32,000 nucleotides of DNA from contig JBBISB010000001.1 in the NCBI GenBank assembly GCA_037441475.1, positions 517,465-549,464 of the forward strand. The letters are read 5' to 3'. The position numbers were made by a program, and so were the translations under genes. How positions within the stretch are numbered: position 1 is the first letter of the stretch; each line of letters opens with the position of its first letter. This document shows, piece after piece, positions 8,751-18,028 of the stretch. Source of the DNA: Candidatus Iainarchaeum sp. GTDB taxonomy: Archaea > Iainarchaeota > Iainarchaeia > Iainarchaeales > CSSED10-239. The notes below the pieces were generated by a model. It did not search any database, was not told the DNA's origin, and saw nothing but the letters and a program-made list of their open reading frames with translations.

Positions 8751-8954
8751 ATGAATAAAACACATTTACTAATAGGTATATTAGTAATTATAGCAGCATC
8801 CTTTTTACTTGCAGTACAAGTTGACTTTAAAGCTAGTAAGAAAGAACAAATACAGATGTATATATTTGAGGATAAATTAATTGAAGATAATTTTTTGTTT
8901 AATGAAGAAAAATGGTTTTTGAACAATCCACCTCTTCTTTTAATCTTTTCTTAA
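8751..8954 (+). CDS. Small membrane-anchored/secreted protein
   Basis: ATG 8751 is preceded by GGTGA (8741-8745). N-terminus MNKTHLLIGILVIIAASFLLAVQV is a hydrophobic signal/anchor similar to that of the next gene. Confidence 0.35.
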   Translation: MNKTHLLIGILVIIAASFLLAVQVDFKASKKEQIQMYIFEDKLIEDNFLFNEEKWFLNNPPLLLIFS

Positions 8955-9027
8955 ACAATATTGTTTATAAACATTTCTTAACATATATTTTTTAAGTTTT
9001 AAATTAAATAAAAGGAGCAATACAGAT

Positions 9028-9411
9028 ATGAACAAAAGTATAGTTTTAGTAATGGCTTTAGTTTTAGCTGTTACTTTTTTAGTTGTAGTTCAAGTTAAAG
9101 GTGTTAATTGGGCTGATAAAGGTGCTGTTCAAAGTACAGCAAAGTTTGACGTGGATTGGGTAACAGCTGGAGCAGTTTCACTAGAAAAGGACACTAATTC
9201 AACAAAAAAAACAAACTCTGTTGATCAAAACATAGAAATTGAAGAATTAAACAATGTTTTCTTAACAGGTGTAGGAATCACAATTGATAGTTTTGAACCT
9301 TACAATGCTAAATTAAGTGGTGTTGAATCAGAGTACGAAGAATCAGTTGCAGAAGATAGAAGACCTAGACACGGTCTTACAACACAAGACGTATACCCTT
9401 ACAAGTCTTAA
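9028..9411 (+). CDS. Secreted/membrane-anchored protein of unknown function
   Basis: AAGGAG lies 10 nt upstream of the ATG. N-terminal signal/anchor is MNKSIVLVMALVLAVTFLVVVQV. An imperfect hairpin (9444-9483) and T-runs follow the stop. Confidence 0.45.
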   Translation: MNKSIVLVMALVLAVTFLVVVQVKGVNWADKGAVQSTAKFDVDWVTAGAVSLEKDTNSTKKTNSVDQNIEIEELNNVFLTGVGITIDSFEPYNAKLSGVESEYEESVAEDRRPRHGLTTQDVYPYKS

Positions 9412-9614
9412 GTTTAGGTTATATTAAAAAAATAGTTGTAAAGGTTTTTTAAAAAAAATCTTAACCTTTCAACTTTTTTCTATTTTTTTTAAAAAATTAT
9501 ACCTTTAAACAGTATTTTTTCTATATATTTCTTAATAACTACATAATTAACATCCCCCTCTAAAGATACCATTTATTAATATTTTCCCTCCATAATTATA
9601 TTTGTGAAGTACAT

Positions 9615-10946
9615 ATGGAACTAAATAATGCAAAAGATATATTTGAAAAGGTAAAACAAGATACTGGTAAAAGTCAAGAAGAACTTTTAACTATTTTAGA
9701 GAAGATAAAAGAAAAATACCAAGGTCTATTATCAGAGGTTGGAGCAAGTATTATGCTTGCAAATCAACTAGGTGTTAATCTTGATATTAAACATTCAACT
9801 TCCTCAATAGTTAAGATAAAAGACTTAGACAATATCCAAGATGCAGCATCTATCTATGCAAGAGTAAAATTTATATCTCCTCCAAGATACTACACTCAAA
9901 AAGACGGTTCTAAAGGAAAGATTTCCTCTCTTTATATCTTTGATGAGACAGGAGAAATAAAGTTAAACCTATGGAATGAACACTCTGACTTTATAAACAA
10001 TTTAAATCTTTTTAAAAATTCAAAAATATTAATAAAAGATGCATATATAACCACTTACAATGATAAAAAAGAACTTTCTCTAAGGCAAGGAGCAACACTT
10101 TTAAAAGATCCTAAGGACTTTCCATTAATCCCTCCAAAGGAAGAAAATTTAGTAGACGTTTCAAACATCTCAGCAACTGAAAAACTAATAGATGTTATTG
10201 GAAGAATAACAGCTATCTATAATAAAAATACTTTTAAAAACAAAGAAGACAAGGACAGAGGAGTTTTAAACTTTGAAGTTTCAGACGGTATTAAGTCTTT
10301 AAAGTTTGTAGCATGGGATCCTTGGCCTGATTACATTTTAGAAAACTTTACAAAAGGAGATTTAATACATTTAGCAGACCTTAAGGTTAAAGAGGGTTTA
10401 TATGAATTAGAGGTTAGCCTTAATTGGTTTTCAACAGTTTTAAAAAATCCACAAACTACTAAAAAAATACCTTCCTTAACAGAGATCTTAACTCTTACAA
10501 AGTCATTAGAGGAAGGAAAGGTTGAGTCTTTAGAGGATGGAAGAAACTATTCTTTAGATGGCTTAATAGTTTCTATTAACAGAAACAACATTAGATTTTT
10601 CAAATGTAAGGAATGTGGAGAAAAGGTACAAATCATAAATGGAGATTTCATTTGTGAAAAATGTTCAAAGGTAGTTGATGTTAATACAAATCTTTTTGGT
10701 TCCATTGATATTGATGATGGAACTGGTATCTTAAAGGTTGTTTTCTTCTCTGACTTAGCTGAAAAGGTATACAAGCTTAATAAAGAGGATTTAAAGAAGG
10801 ACTTAACAGAGGAAGATAAATTAACAATCTTTGATAGACTTGAAAATGAGCTTTTAGGAAAAATGGTTAAAATCTCTGGAAGAGCAAAATTAAGTAGTTT
10901 TTCTTCAAGAATTGAGTTTTTAGCAGATTCTGTTGAGGTTGTTTAG
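9615..10946 (+). CDS. Replication protein A-like single-stranded DNA-binding protein (multiple OB folds plus Zn ribbon)
   Basis: Repeated OB-fold-like segments (e.g. ASIYARVKFISPPRYYTQKDGSKGKISSLYIFDETGEIKLNLW and VIGRITAIYN...VLNFEVSDGIKSLKFVAW). C4 zinc ribbon CKECGEKV...CEKC is embedded in the last OB fold, as in archaeal RPA. Confidence 0.75.
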   Translation: MELNNAKDIFEKVKQDTGKSQEELLTILEKIKEKYQGLLSEVGASIMLANQLGVNLDIKHSTSSIVKIKDLDNIQDAASIYARVKFISPPRYYTQKDGSKGKISSLYIFDETGEIKLNLWNEHSDFINNLNLFKNSKILIKDAYITTYNDKKELSLRQGATLLKDPKDFPLIPPKEENLVDVSNISATEKLIDVIGRITAIYNKNTFKNKEDKDRGVLNFEVSDGIKSLKFVAWDPWPDYILENFTKGDLIHLADLKVKEGLYELEVSLNWFSTVLKNPQTTKKIPSLTEILTLTKSLEEGKVESLEDGRNYSLDGLIVSINRNNIRFFKCKECGEKVQIINGDFICEKCSKVVDVNTNLFGSIDIDDGTGILKVVFFSDLAEKVYKLNKEDLKKDLTEEDKLTIFDRLENELLGKMVKISGRAKLSSFSSRIEFLADSVEVV

Positions 10947-11076
10947 TTTATTTTTTTTAAAAAAAGGGGTTTATAAAAAACACTTTTTGTTTTTCTATTT
11001 TTTATTATAAAAAACCTACTTCTCTGTTTAAAAAGTATTTGTTACATTATTTTTTTAATAAGAAAAATTATTTAGT

Positions 11077-12030
11077 GTGGTTGTTATGATGGAAATATTA
11101 TCTTTTACAAAGAAAGGAATACAAGAAATTAAGGTTGTTAAGAAAAACACCTGGATAAACCTCTACAATCCGTCTGATGCTGATCTTTTAAAGTTATCAA
11201 AAATCTTAAAGTTAAAAGAAAAAGACTTTAAAGATCTTTTAAATGATATAGAGTCTATTTCTGATGATGATGAAATTCCTTTATTTGAACAAAAGAAATA
11301 TGGTCTTAATTTCTTTATTATAAAAACACCACAAGAGGCAACAGGTTCCTTTGATCAGGATTACATGACTATTCCTTTAGGTCTTATTTTAACTAATGAT
11401 TTATTAATAACTATTTCCTATAGAAAAAACAATGTTATCTCTAGAATGAAACTTAAAAAATTTGATTTTTCTCCACTTTATTTTACCTTAAGGTTATTTT
11501 TAGTAACCTCAAGATTTTATCTTCATTTTTTAAAATTGATTGATAAGAGATTAAGAAAGCTTGAAGATAAGCTTGAAAATAAACAAAATAACACTGAAAT
11601 TTCTTATCTTTTAGATATTCAAAAGTCCTTAGTATATTTTAATACCTCTATCATTAACAATCAGATATTGTTTGAAAAGGTTTCAAGAGTTGAATATTTT
11701 ATAAGAGATGAAGTAAATAAAGAGGTTTTACAAGATGTTTTGGATGAAAATAGGCAAGCTATGCAAACCACTCAGATTTATTCTGATAACATAAAGCACA
11801 CTTTAACAGTTATTTCTTCAATGATATCAAATAACTTAAACAGGAATGTTAAGTTTTTAACCTCTGTTTCAATCATTATCGCCATACCTACTTTGGTTGC
11901 AAGTTTTTATGGTATGAATGTAGATCTTCCTTTCCAGGATGATCCTGTTGCCTTTGGTTTAATACTTGCAATCTCTGTTATTATTTCAATAGGTATTGGT
12001 CTTTTCTTATGGTTTAAGAAGTTGTTTTAA
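11077..12030 (+). CDS. corA: CorA-family magnesium/cobalt transporter
   Basis: C-terminal YGMNVDLPF (GMN motif) lies between two TM helices. Length and cytoplasmic N-terminal domain are typical. The true start is probably ATG 11086. Confidence 0.85.
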   Translation: MVVMMEILSFTKKGIQEIKVVKKNTWINLYNPSDADLLKLSKILKLKEKDFKDLLNDIESISDDDEIPLFEQKKYGLNFFIIKTPQEATGSFDQDYMTIPLGLILTNDLLITISYRKNNVISRMKLKKFDFSPLYFTLRLFLVTSRFYLHFLKLIDKRLRKLEDKLENKQNNTEISYLLDIQKSLVYFNTSIINNQILFEKVSRVEYFIRDEVNKEVLQDVLDENRQAMQTTQIYSDNIKHTLTVISSMISNNLNRNVKFLTSVSIIIAIPTLVASFYGMNVDLPFQDDPVAFGLILAISVIISIGIGLFLWFKKLF

Positions 12031-12033
12031 ATT

Positions 12034-12918
12034 TTATTTTGTAGTTTCAACTCTTTTCCATATCTCTTTTTGAGATTTATTTTTAATATTTATATCTCTA
12101 TAAATAACAATCCATAGATATATTCTTGCAAAAATAAGTTGAATAAACCAAAAAGATTCTCTTATGTTTGTAATATATTTTAATAATCCAAAAACACCAG
12201 ATCCTTCTGATTTAAATGACCTTACTGTAAAGTTTGTCATTTTTTTAATCTGATTGTAACCTCCAGCACTTCTTTTCTTTTGAATTATCCAGTCTTTAAA
12301 AGTAGTTGGATATTTAACATACACTTTTGCTTCTGGTGCATATTTAATAGTGTATCCTTTTTCATATACTTTAAAAGAGATATATCCATCTTCAGATAAA
12401 AGGTTTTCTGGAAGTTTTGGAAATAATTTTTTTCTAATTGCAAATAAATATCCAGTACAAAAAAACTGTTTATTTTTATTTAATGTTTTTTTCCTTATAT
12501 CGTGAGCAATGTTTGTTAAAATATATGCCCAGTAACCTAATTTTGTTTTCTTTGAATCTAGGGAAATTACATTTCCAGAAACAGCACCAACTTTTTCATC
12601 TTTAAATGGTTTGGTTAGTTCAAGGACAGATTTATTATTAACATACACGTCTCCATCTGTAAATATTAAAATATCTCCTTTTGCTTTTGAGACAACAAGG
12701 TTTAAGGCAGCTGGTTTTCCTTCTCCTTTATCTTTAATGATGGTTACTTGTTTATATTTTCTTGCAACAGAGAGTGTTTCTTCGTCAGGAGCAGTAACAA
12801 TAAGTTCTAAATCTTTTATTTTTTGATTTAAGATGCTCTCAATTGCTCTTCCAATAGTTTTTGGTTCTTTAAAAGATGTGATAATAAAGCTTATTTTCAT
12901 ATTATTATAAGAGCGCAT
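12034..12918 (-). CDS. Family 2 glycosyltransferase
   Basis: MKISFIITSFKEPKTIGRAIESILNQ..., a DGD motif (FTDGDVYV) and a C-terminal hydrophobic segment. The likely start is the internal ATG at 12900. Confidence 0.75.
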   Translation of the reverse strand: MRSYNNMKISFIITSFKEPKTIGRAIESILNQKIKDLELIVTAPDEETLSVARKYKQVTIIKDKGEGKPAALNLVVSKAKGDILIFTDGDVYVNNKSVLELTKPFKDEKVGAVSGNVISLDSKKTKLGYWAYILTNIAHDIRKKTLNKNKQFFCTGYLFAIRKKLFPKLPENLLSEDGYISFKVYEKGYTIKYAPEAKVYVKYPTTFKDWIIQKKRSAGGYNQIKKMTNFTVRSFKSEGSGVFGLLKYITNIRESFWFIQLIFARIYLWIVIYRDINIKNKSQKEIWKRVETTK

Positions 12919-12951
12919 ATTCTTATAAACTTTTTGTAATTAGTTTATTTA

Positions 12952-14043
12952 GTGAAGTTTATGAAAATAGCATTTATTGTGCCTTATTTTTCTGGATTTG
13001 GATCTAACGAATCTGAGGTTGTAAAGGAGTTAATGAGAAGAGGGCATGGTGTGACTATTTTTACTACTAATTTAAGGTCTGGATCAAGACTTCAAGATAT
13101 TTCTTTTTCTCAAAATAATAAGTTTAATATAAAGTATGTTAAAGTCCTACATAATTTCACTGGGTGGCCTTTAACAGTTAATTTTTCTAGTCAATTAAAA
13201 GATTTTGATTTAATTATGGCTCAAGAGGATTATCAATATATGTCTTATATTGGTTTTCTTTCTGCAAAGAAATATAATATTAAAATTATTGTTTCTAATG
13301 AAAGATATTATCTGCCTAGTTTTCCAAAATCTTTATTTTTAAAAGTAATTGAAGCTATATATACTAAGAGATTAAGAAATTTTATTCCATTTATAACAGT
13401 TCATGCAGGTAGTGCGAAAAAATATTTAAGAGAAGTGGGTTTTAAAAAACCAGTTAAAGTTATTTTCACGGCTTTAACTTTAAATAATTTTAAAGTTAAA
13501 AAATCTGGTTACGTTAGGAAAAAATATAATTTACTTAAAAAAGATATAATTGTTTTAACTATTGGAAGGTTAGTTGAATTTAAAAACTATAGTTTATTAA
13601 TTGAAAAGTTTTCTAAACTGCCTTTAAATTATAAATTAATAATAGTTGGAAAGGGGTATTTAGAAGATGATTTTAAAAAATATCTTTCTGATAATTCAAT
13701 TAAGAATGTAATTTTAGAAACAAATTTCATTGAACCTGATTTGATAAAAGAATATATTTTATCTTCTGATATTTATATTCAACCAAGCTTAATTGAACCT
13801 TTTGGAATTGCTGTAAGAGAAGCCATGGCACTATGTAAGCCTATAATTGTTACAAAAGAGGGGGGTATGATTGAGGCAATTAATAACAATGGATTTTATA
13901 TTCCAAAAGACTTGTCTGGGCTAAAAGAAAAAATAGATAGTTGCTATAAAAAGAGAGTTTTGTTTGGAAATAATTCTTTACGTTTAGTAAAAGATTATGA
14001 TGTAAAAAAGATAGTTGATCAATATTTAGATTTAATTAAATAA
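12952..14043 (+). CDS. GT-B fold glycosyltransferase (family 4-like)
   Basis: C-terminal EPFGIAVREAMALCKPIIVTKEGG (E-x7-E region) is typical of GT4. The likely start is ATG 12961. Confidence 0.75.
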   Translation: MKFMKIAFIVPYFSGFGSNESEVVKELMRRGHGVTIFTTNLRSGSRLQDISFSQNNKFNIKYVKVLHNFTGWPLTVNFSSQLKDFDLIMAQEDYQYMSYIGFLSAKKYNIKIIVSNERYYLPSFPKSLFLKVIEAIYTKRLRNFIPFITVHAGSAKKYLREVGFKKPVKVIFTALTLNNFKVKKSGYVRKKYNLLKKDIIVLTIGRLVEFKNYSLLIEKFSKLPLNYKLIIVGKGYLEDDFKKYLSDNSIKNVILETNFIEPDLIKEYILSSDIYIQPSLIEPFGIAVREAMALCKPIIVTKEGGMIEAINNNGFYIPKDLSGLKEKIDSCYKKRVLFGNNSLRLVKDYDVKKIVDQYLDLIK

Positions 14044-14998
14044 AACGTCTTTTAAATTTAAGTACATTATTTATTATTATTTTTGGTAAAAAACTTATAA
14101 TGTAATAAATCATTATTTTATTTAAATGTCCAAATAGTTTAAAATATTTTTTAGAATATTTTTTAACTTCTTTAAAATTTTGTTTGTGGAAATTATAAAA
14201 TATTTCTGTTTCTAATACATCTTTATTATTTGTTTTTTTAGGATTTATTTTTAATATACTGTTTGGATTAAATATATTATACTCGTCGTTTCCATATTTA
14301 ATTCTTTGATGATAAAATTCAATTGCTTTTTTATAAAATAATAGTTGTTTATTTCTTTTTTCCATTGACGTTTGAGTATCATGTACTCTATAGTTAAATA
14401 AAATATCTGGAATATTTGTTAATACTTTATTTTCTGAGAGTAATTGTAAAAAAAAATCTACATCTTGAGCATAATATATTTTTTCACGATATCTAATCTC
14501 AGTGTTATTTCTAAACATTATACTTGGGTGGCAAATCCTATTAGTTCCTGAAATTATTTCTTTTTTAATTTTTTCTGAGGTTGTAAGTGTTTTAATTTTA
14601 TTTAATATTTTTCCATCTTTGTCAATATAATTATTTCCAGTGCCTATTAAAAACACATCTTTGTGTTTTTCTAAATAATTAACTTGTTTTTCAAACCTAT
14701 CTGGTAAAGATATGTCGTCATGATCCATCATTGCTATATATTTCCCTTTGGCAATATTTAGTCCTTTATTTGATGAAAGAGATATTCCTAAATTTTTATC
14801 ATTATTAATAATTATTATTCTTTTATCTTTTGTTTGGTACTTTTTTATAGTTTCTAGTGTGTTATCTGTTGATGCATCGTTAATTATTATAAATTCAAAA
14901 TTAGAGTATGTTTGGTTAAGTATACTTTTTATGGTGGGGTGTATTAATTGTCCTGAATTATATACAGGCATCACAACGCTAATAATTATTTTTGTCAT
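14036..14998 (-). CDS. Family 2 glycosyltransferase
   Basis: VVMPVYNSGQLIHPTIKSILNQTYSNFEFIIINDASTDNT and MDHDD (DxD) motifs. Confidence 0.8.
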   Translation of the reverse strand: MTKIIISVVMPVYNSGQLIHPTIKSILNQTYSNFEFIIINDASTDNTLETIKKYQTKDKRIIIINNDKNLGISLSSNKGLNIAKGKYIAMMDHDDISLPDRFEKQVNYLEKHKDVFLIGTGNNYIDKDGKILNKIKTLTTSEKIKKEIISGTNRICHPSIMFRNNTEIRYREKIYYAQDVDFFLQLLSENKVLTNIPDILFNYRVHDTQTSMEKRNKQLLFYKKAIEFYHQRIKYGNDEYNIFNPNSILKINPKKTNNKDVLETEIFYNFHKQNFKEVKKYSKKYFKLFGHLNKIMIYYIISFLPKIIINNVLKFKRRFI

Positions 14999-15897
14999 AC
15001 TTTAATGTATTGTCCATATTTTTTTAAGTTTTTTAATATATGTTTAGGCCAGTTTTTACCCACTTTTTTTAATTTTAATTTTTTATTAGATGTAAGGTGT
15101 ATATTTTTGTTAATTTTATTTAATAGAGTTTGGTAGTTATTATATTCTTTTGTATTATATTCTTGATGTGCATAAGAATTAAGTTTAATTTGTATTTGGG
15201 CTACATTTCCTAAATATGAAAAATGCCAGCCACCATTAATAATTGATTTTGCATTGTCTTTAACATCTCTTATTGTCTGTATTTTAGAATTAAATAGGTT
15301 TTTTAAATTAAAATAATTAGTTATAGTTGTACCCATCCATTTGCTATCATATAAATTTAAATAGTAAAAAAACATGTCTTGTCTAAATGTAATATAATTG
15401 TTTTTTGAAATAAAGGCAGATACAATTTTGTTGTATGCTTTTTTTAGTGAAAAAAAACTTTTTTTATATTTTTGAATTAATTTATCAGAATAGTTAAATA
15501 TAGTATTTATTTTAAATAATAGTGGTATTATTTTATTTTTATTATTTGTAATAAAACTAAAATTTATTAGTTTAGGAATTTCGTCTACATCTGATATCAT
15601 TATTATGTCTTCATCTTTGCAATTTTTAAGTCCTTTTATTATTGCATTTCGTTGAAAATATTCGGCTTCCCAAGCACTATTAAACTTTGGCAGATTTAAT
15701 TTAATATATATAATTTGGTTTTTGAATTTTTTATATCTATTTATGTTTTTTTCTATTAAAAATTCTTTTTGTATTCCTGTAAATGTTTTATCTGCCTCTA
15801 CAATTACAAAATAATCCACCTTTTCTGAAAGTTCATGTAATCTTATTTCCAACAAGTCCAGTTCATTATAAAATGTGAAACAATCGTATATTTTCAT
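14995..15897 (-). CDS. Family 17-like glycosyltransferase (GnT-III-like beta-1,4-GlcNAc transferase family)
   Basis: MKIYDCFTFYNELDLLEIRLHELSEKVDYFVIVEADKTFTG, ISDVDEIP and GGWHFSYLG match the Glyco_transf_17 signature blocks as I remember them. Confidence 0.7.
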   Translation of the reverse strand: MKIYDCFTFYNELDLLEIRLHELSEKVDYFVIVEADKTFTGIQKEFLIEKNINRYKKFKNQIIYIKLNLPKFNSAWEAEYFQRNAIIKGLKNCKDEDIIMISDVDEIPKLINFSFITNNKNKIIPLLFKINTIFNYSDKLIQKYKKSFFSLKKAYNKIVSAFISKNNYITFRQDMFFYYLNLYDSKWMGTTITNYFNLKNLFNSKIQTIRDVKDNAKSIINGGWHFSYLGNVAQIQIKLNSYAHQEYNTKEYNNYQTLLNKINKNIHLTSNKKLKLKKVGKNWPKHILKNLKKYGQYIKV

Positions 15898-15968
15898 AAT
15901 AATCTTTTTTATGTGAATTTAGTGGTAATTACATATTAATATTAATTTATAACAAATTAATTAATTTT

Positions 15969-16943
15969 TTACATTTTAATTAATTCTACACACATAGTAT
16001 CTGAATTTTTGTAAACTATATGATAAATGCTATTTGATATTTTTCTTATTGGATATACATTTAAAACATTATATATGGTTTTTTTCCAATCATTTTTAAT
16101 TATTTGATTTGGAGTTATGTTTTTTTTATGTTTATTATATATTTTTTTAATTAATTCATTTTTATCTGAGGTTAAAACATTCGTTGTTATAAAATTACAT
16201 TTAAATTTATTATTTTTAGCTAACTTTTCTATACTTTTTTTACTAAACCAAATAGTGTGTACTGGAGGAAGGTCTGTATGCCATATCATTTTTTTAGAAT
16301 AATTATCTTTATTAGGAGTTGATATTAACATTTTTCCATTTTTATTAAGTAAGTTATAACATTTATTAATAAATGAATTGTAATCTGAAAGATGCTCAAT
16401 AAGTTCTGTTGCAATAATTAAATCGTATTTTTGATTAATACTATCTATTGTTGTTTTAATATAATTGTTTTGACCGTAATTTTTTTTTGCATATTTTATT
16501 GCATTTTCTGATATGTCTATACCATTCGCATTATAACCTTCTTTGTTAAGAGCATATGTGAAGTACCCGTATCCACAGCCAATTTCTAAGATTTTAATGT
16601 TTTTATTTAGAGGTATTTTTTTAATTATAGTGTAAGATGGTTCTTGTTTTAATAACCATTTAAGAGGCTTATTTTTTGCTTTAATTTTTTGGGCATACTT
16701 AAAATATCGATCATATCCTGGTGTCTTATTAGTTGAATATATTTTATCGTATATTTGTGTATCTAATTTTGTTGTGTTAATAAATTGAATGTCGCATTTT
16801 AGGCATTCAAAAATATCATTTTTTATATTATAATATCCTTCTAAATTTGAACATTTTAATTTTGTGTTTTTAGATTTACAAATAGGGCAAATACAGTTTA
16901 AACGATTTTTTTTTTTCATATATTTATTTCTAAATAAAACCAT
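15969..16943 (-). CDS. Class I SAM-dependent methyltransferase with N-terminal Zn-ribbon
   Basis: CPICKS...CLKC zinc ribbon, motif I ILEIGCGYGYFT, and post-I/II motifs (DLIIATELIEH). Confidence 0.75.
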   Translation of the reverse strand: MVLFRNKYMKKKNRLNCICPICKSKNTKLKCSNLEGYYNIKNDIFECLKCDIQFINTTKLDTQIYDKIYSTNKTPGYDRYFKYAQKIKAKNKPLKWLLKQEPSYTIIKKIPLNKNIKILEIGCGYGYFTYALNKEGYNANGIDISENAIKYAKKNYGQNNYIKTTIDSINQKYDLIIATELIEHLSDYNSFINKCYNLLNKNGKMLISTPNKDNYSKKMIWHTDLPPVHTIWFSKKSIEKLAKNNKFKCNFITTNVLTSDKNELIKKIYNKHKKNITPNQIIKNDWKKTIYNVLNVYPIRKISNSIYHIVYKNSDTMCVELIKM

Positions 16944-17211
16944 TTATATACTTTTCTAAACCATAATTATATCATAAATATGATGAGTAACTAAAAAGTG
17001 AATAGTAAAAAATAAAAAATAATTAAAAAAATGTTTAATAAAAATGAAAACCTTAAATCTCCTATTCTAGAAGCATTTAACATTATTCCTTTCAAATAAA
17101 AACTATTTTTAATAAATAAATTTAATTACTTTTTAAAATTCCTTATACCTTGCTTATTATATAAAAAAAGAAAAAATAACAAAAAAATATAAAAAAAAGA
17201 GTGAATAAAAT

Positions 17212-17402
17212 ATGAATGGTACTGTTAAATTCTACAACTTCAAGAAAAATTTTGGCTTATAACTGGAGAAGATGGTAAAGATTACTTTGTCCATAGTTCA
17301 GGAATAGCTAACAACGAAAGTATAAAGGATGGTATGCCTGTTAAATTCGATGTTACTGAAGATGATAAAGGTCAAAAAGCTATAAATGTTAAAAAAGCTT
17401 AA
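17212..17402 (+). pseudogene. Cold-shock domain protein, inactivated by a 1-nt deletion
   Basis: It is 191 nt versus 192 nt for the intact copy. GGC TTA TAA (stop 17260-17262) aligns with GGT TTC ATA in the intact paralog. The downstream frame still reads ITGEDGKDYFVHSSGIANNESIKDGMPVKFDVTEDDKGQKAINVKKA*. Confidence 0.75.
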
Positions 17403-17836
17403 GTTTATTTATAAATTAATACTTAAATAACAAATTTAGTTTTATACTTTACATTAAAACAAAAAATTAATCTTTTTTCCCTTAAAAAGAAGAAAGCTTA
17501 ATTTTTTTTCTATTTTTACTGTTCCTTAAATTTTTATTGTTAGTTATCTATTTTTTTCTTAAAACAATTATCTTTATATACTTTTCTTAACTATAATATT
17601 ATTACAAATATAGTAAGATTACGTTTAAAAAAGAAAACATAAATTTAGTTAAAAAAACATTTAATAAAAATAAAAAACCATTAAATCTCTTTTATTATTT
17701 TAAAAAAAGAAGCATTTAACATCATTCCTTACAAAAAACCCTATTTTTAATAAATAAAATTAAGTTTATACTTCTTCTCTAAAGGTACTTATTATATAAA
17801 AAAACAAAAAAAATATAAAAAAAGAGTGAATAAAAT

Positions 17837-18028
17837 ATGAATGGTACTGTTAAATTCTATAATTTTAAAAAAAACTTTGGTTTCATAACTGGTGAGGACG
17901 GAAAAGATTACTTCGTTCATAGTACAGGAATAGCAAACGACCAAATGATTAAAGACGGAATGCCTGTAACTTTTGATGTTACACAAGATGATAAAGGACA
18001 AAAAGCTATTAACGTTAAAAAAATGTAA
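17837..18028 (+). CDS. csp: Cold-shock protein (CspA-family cold-shock domain)
   Basis: MNGTVKFYNFKKNFGFITGEDGKDYFVHSTGI contains RNP1-like (KNFGFI) and RNP2-like (YFVH) motifs. 63 aa. GAGTGA lies 9 nt upstream of the ATG. Confidence 0.85.
   Translation: MNGTVKFYNFKKNFGFITGEDGKDYFVHSTGIANDQMIKDGMPVTFDVTQDDKGQKAINVKKM

Noticed and set aside
16979-17060. C/D-box sRNA suggested by ATGATGA at 16979-16985
   Set aside because: There is no CTGA D box at a suitable distance, and the motif is not conserved in the duplicated unit (homologous position around 17610).
17254-17262. Programmed frameshift in csp copy 1
   Set aside because: The required shift is -1 at GGC TTA TAA, which is not an X-XXY-YYZ slippery heptamer and has no obvious downstream structure. 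A simple 1-nt deletion relative to the paralog explains it.
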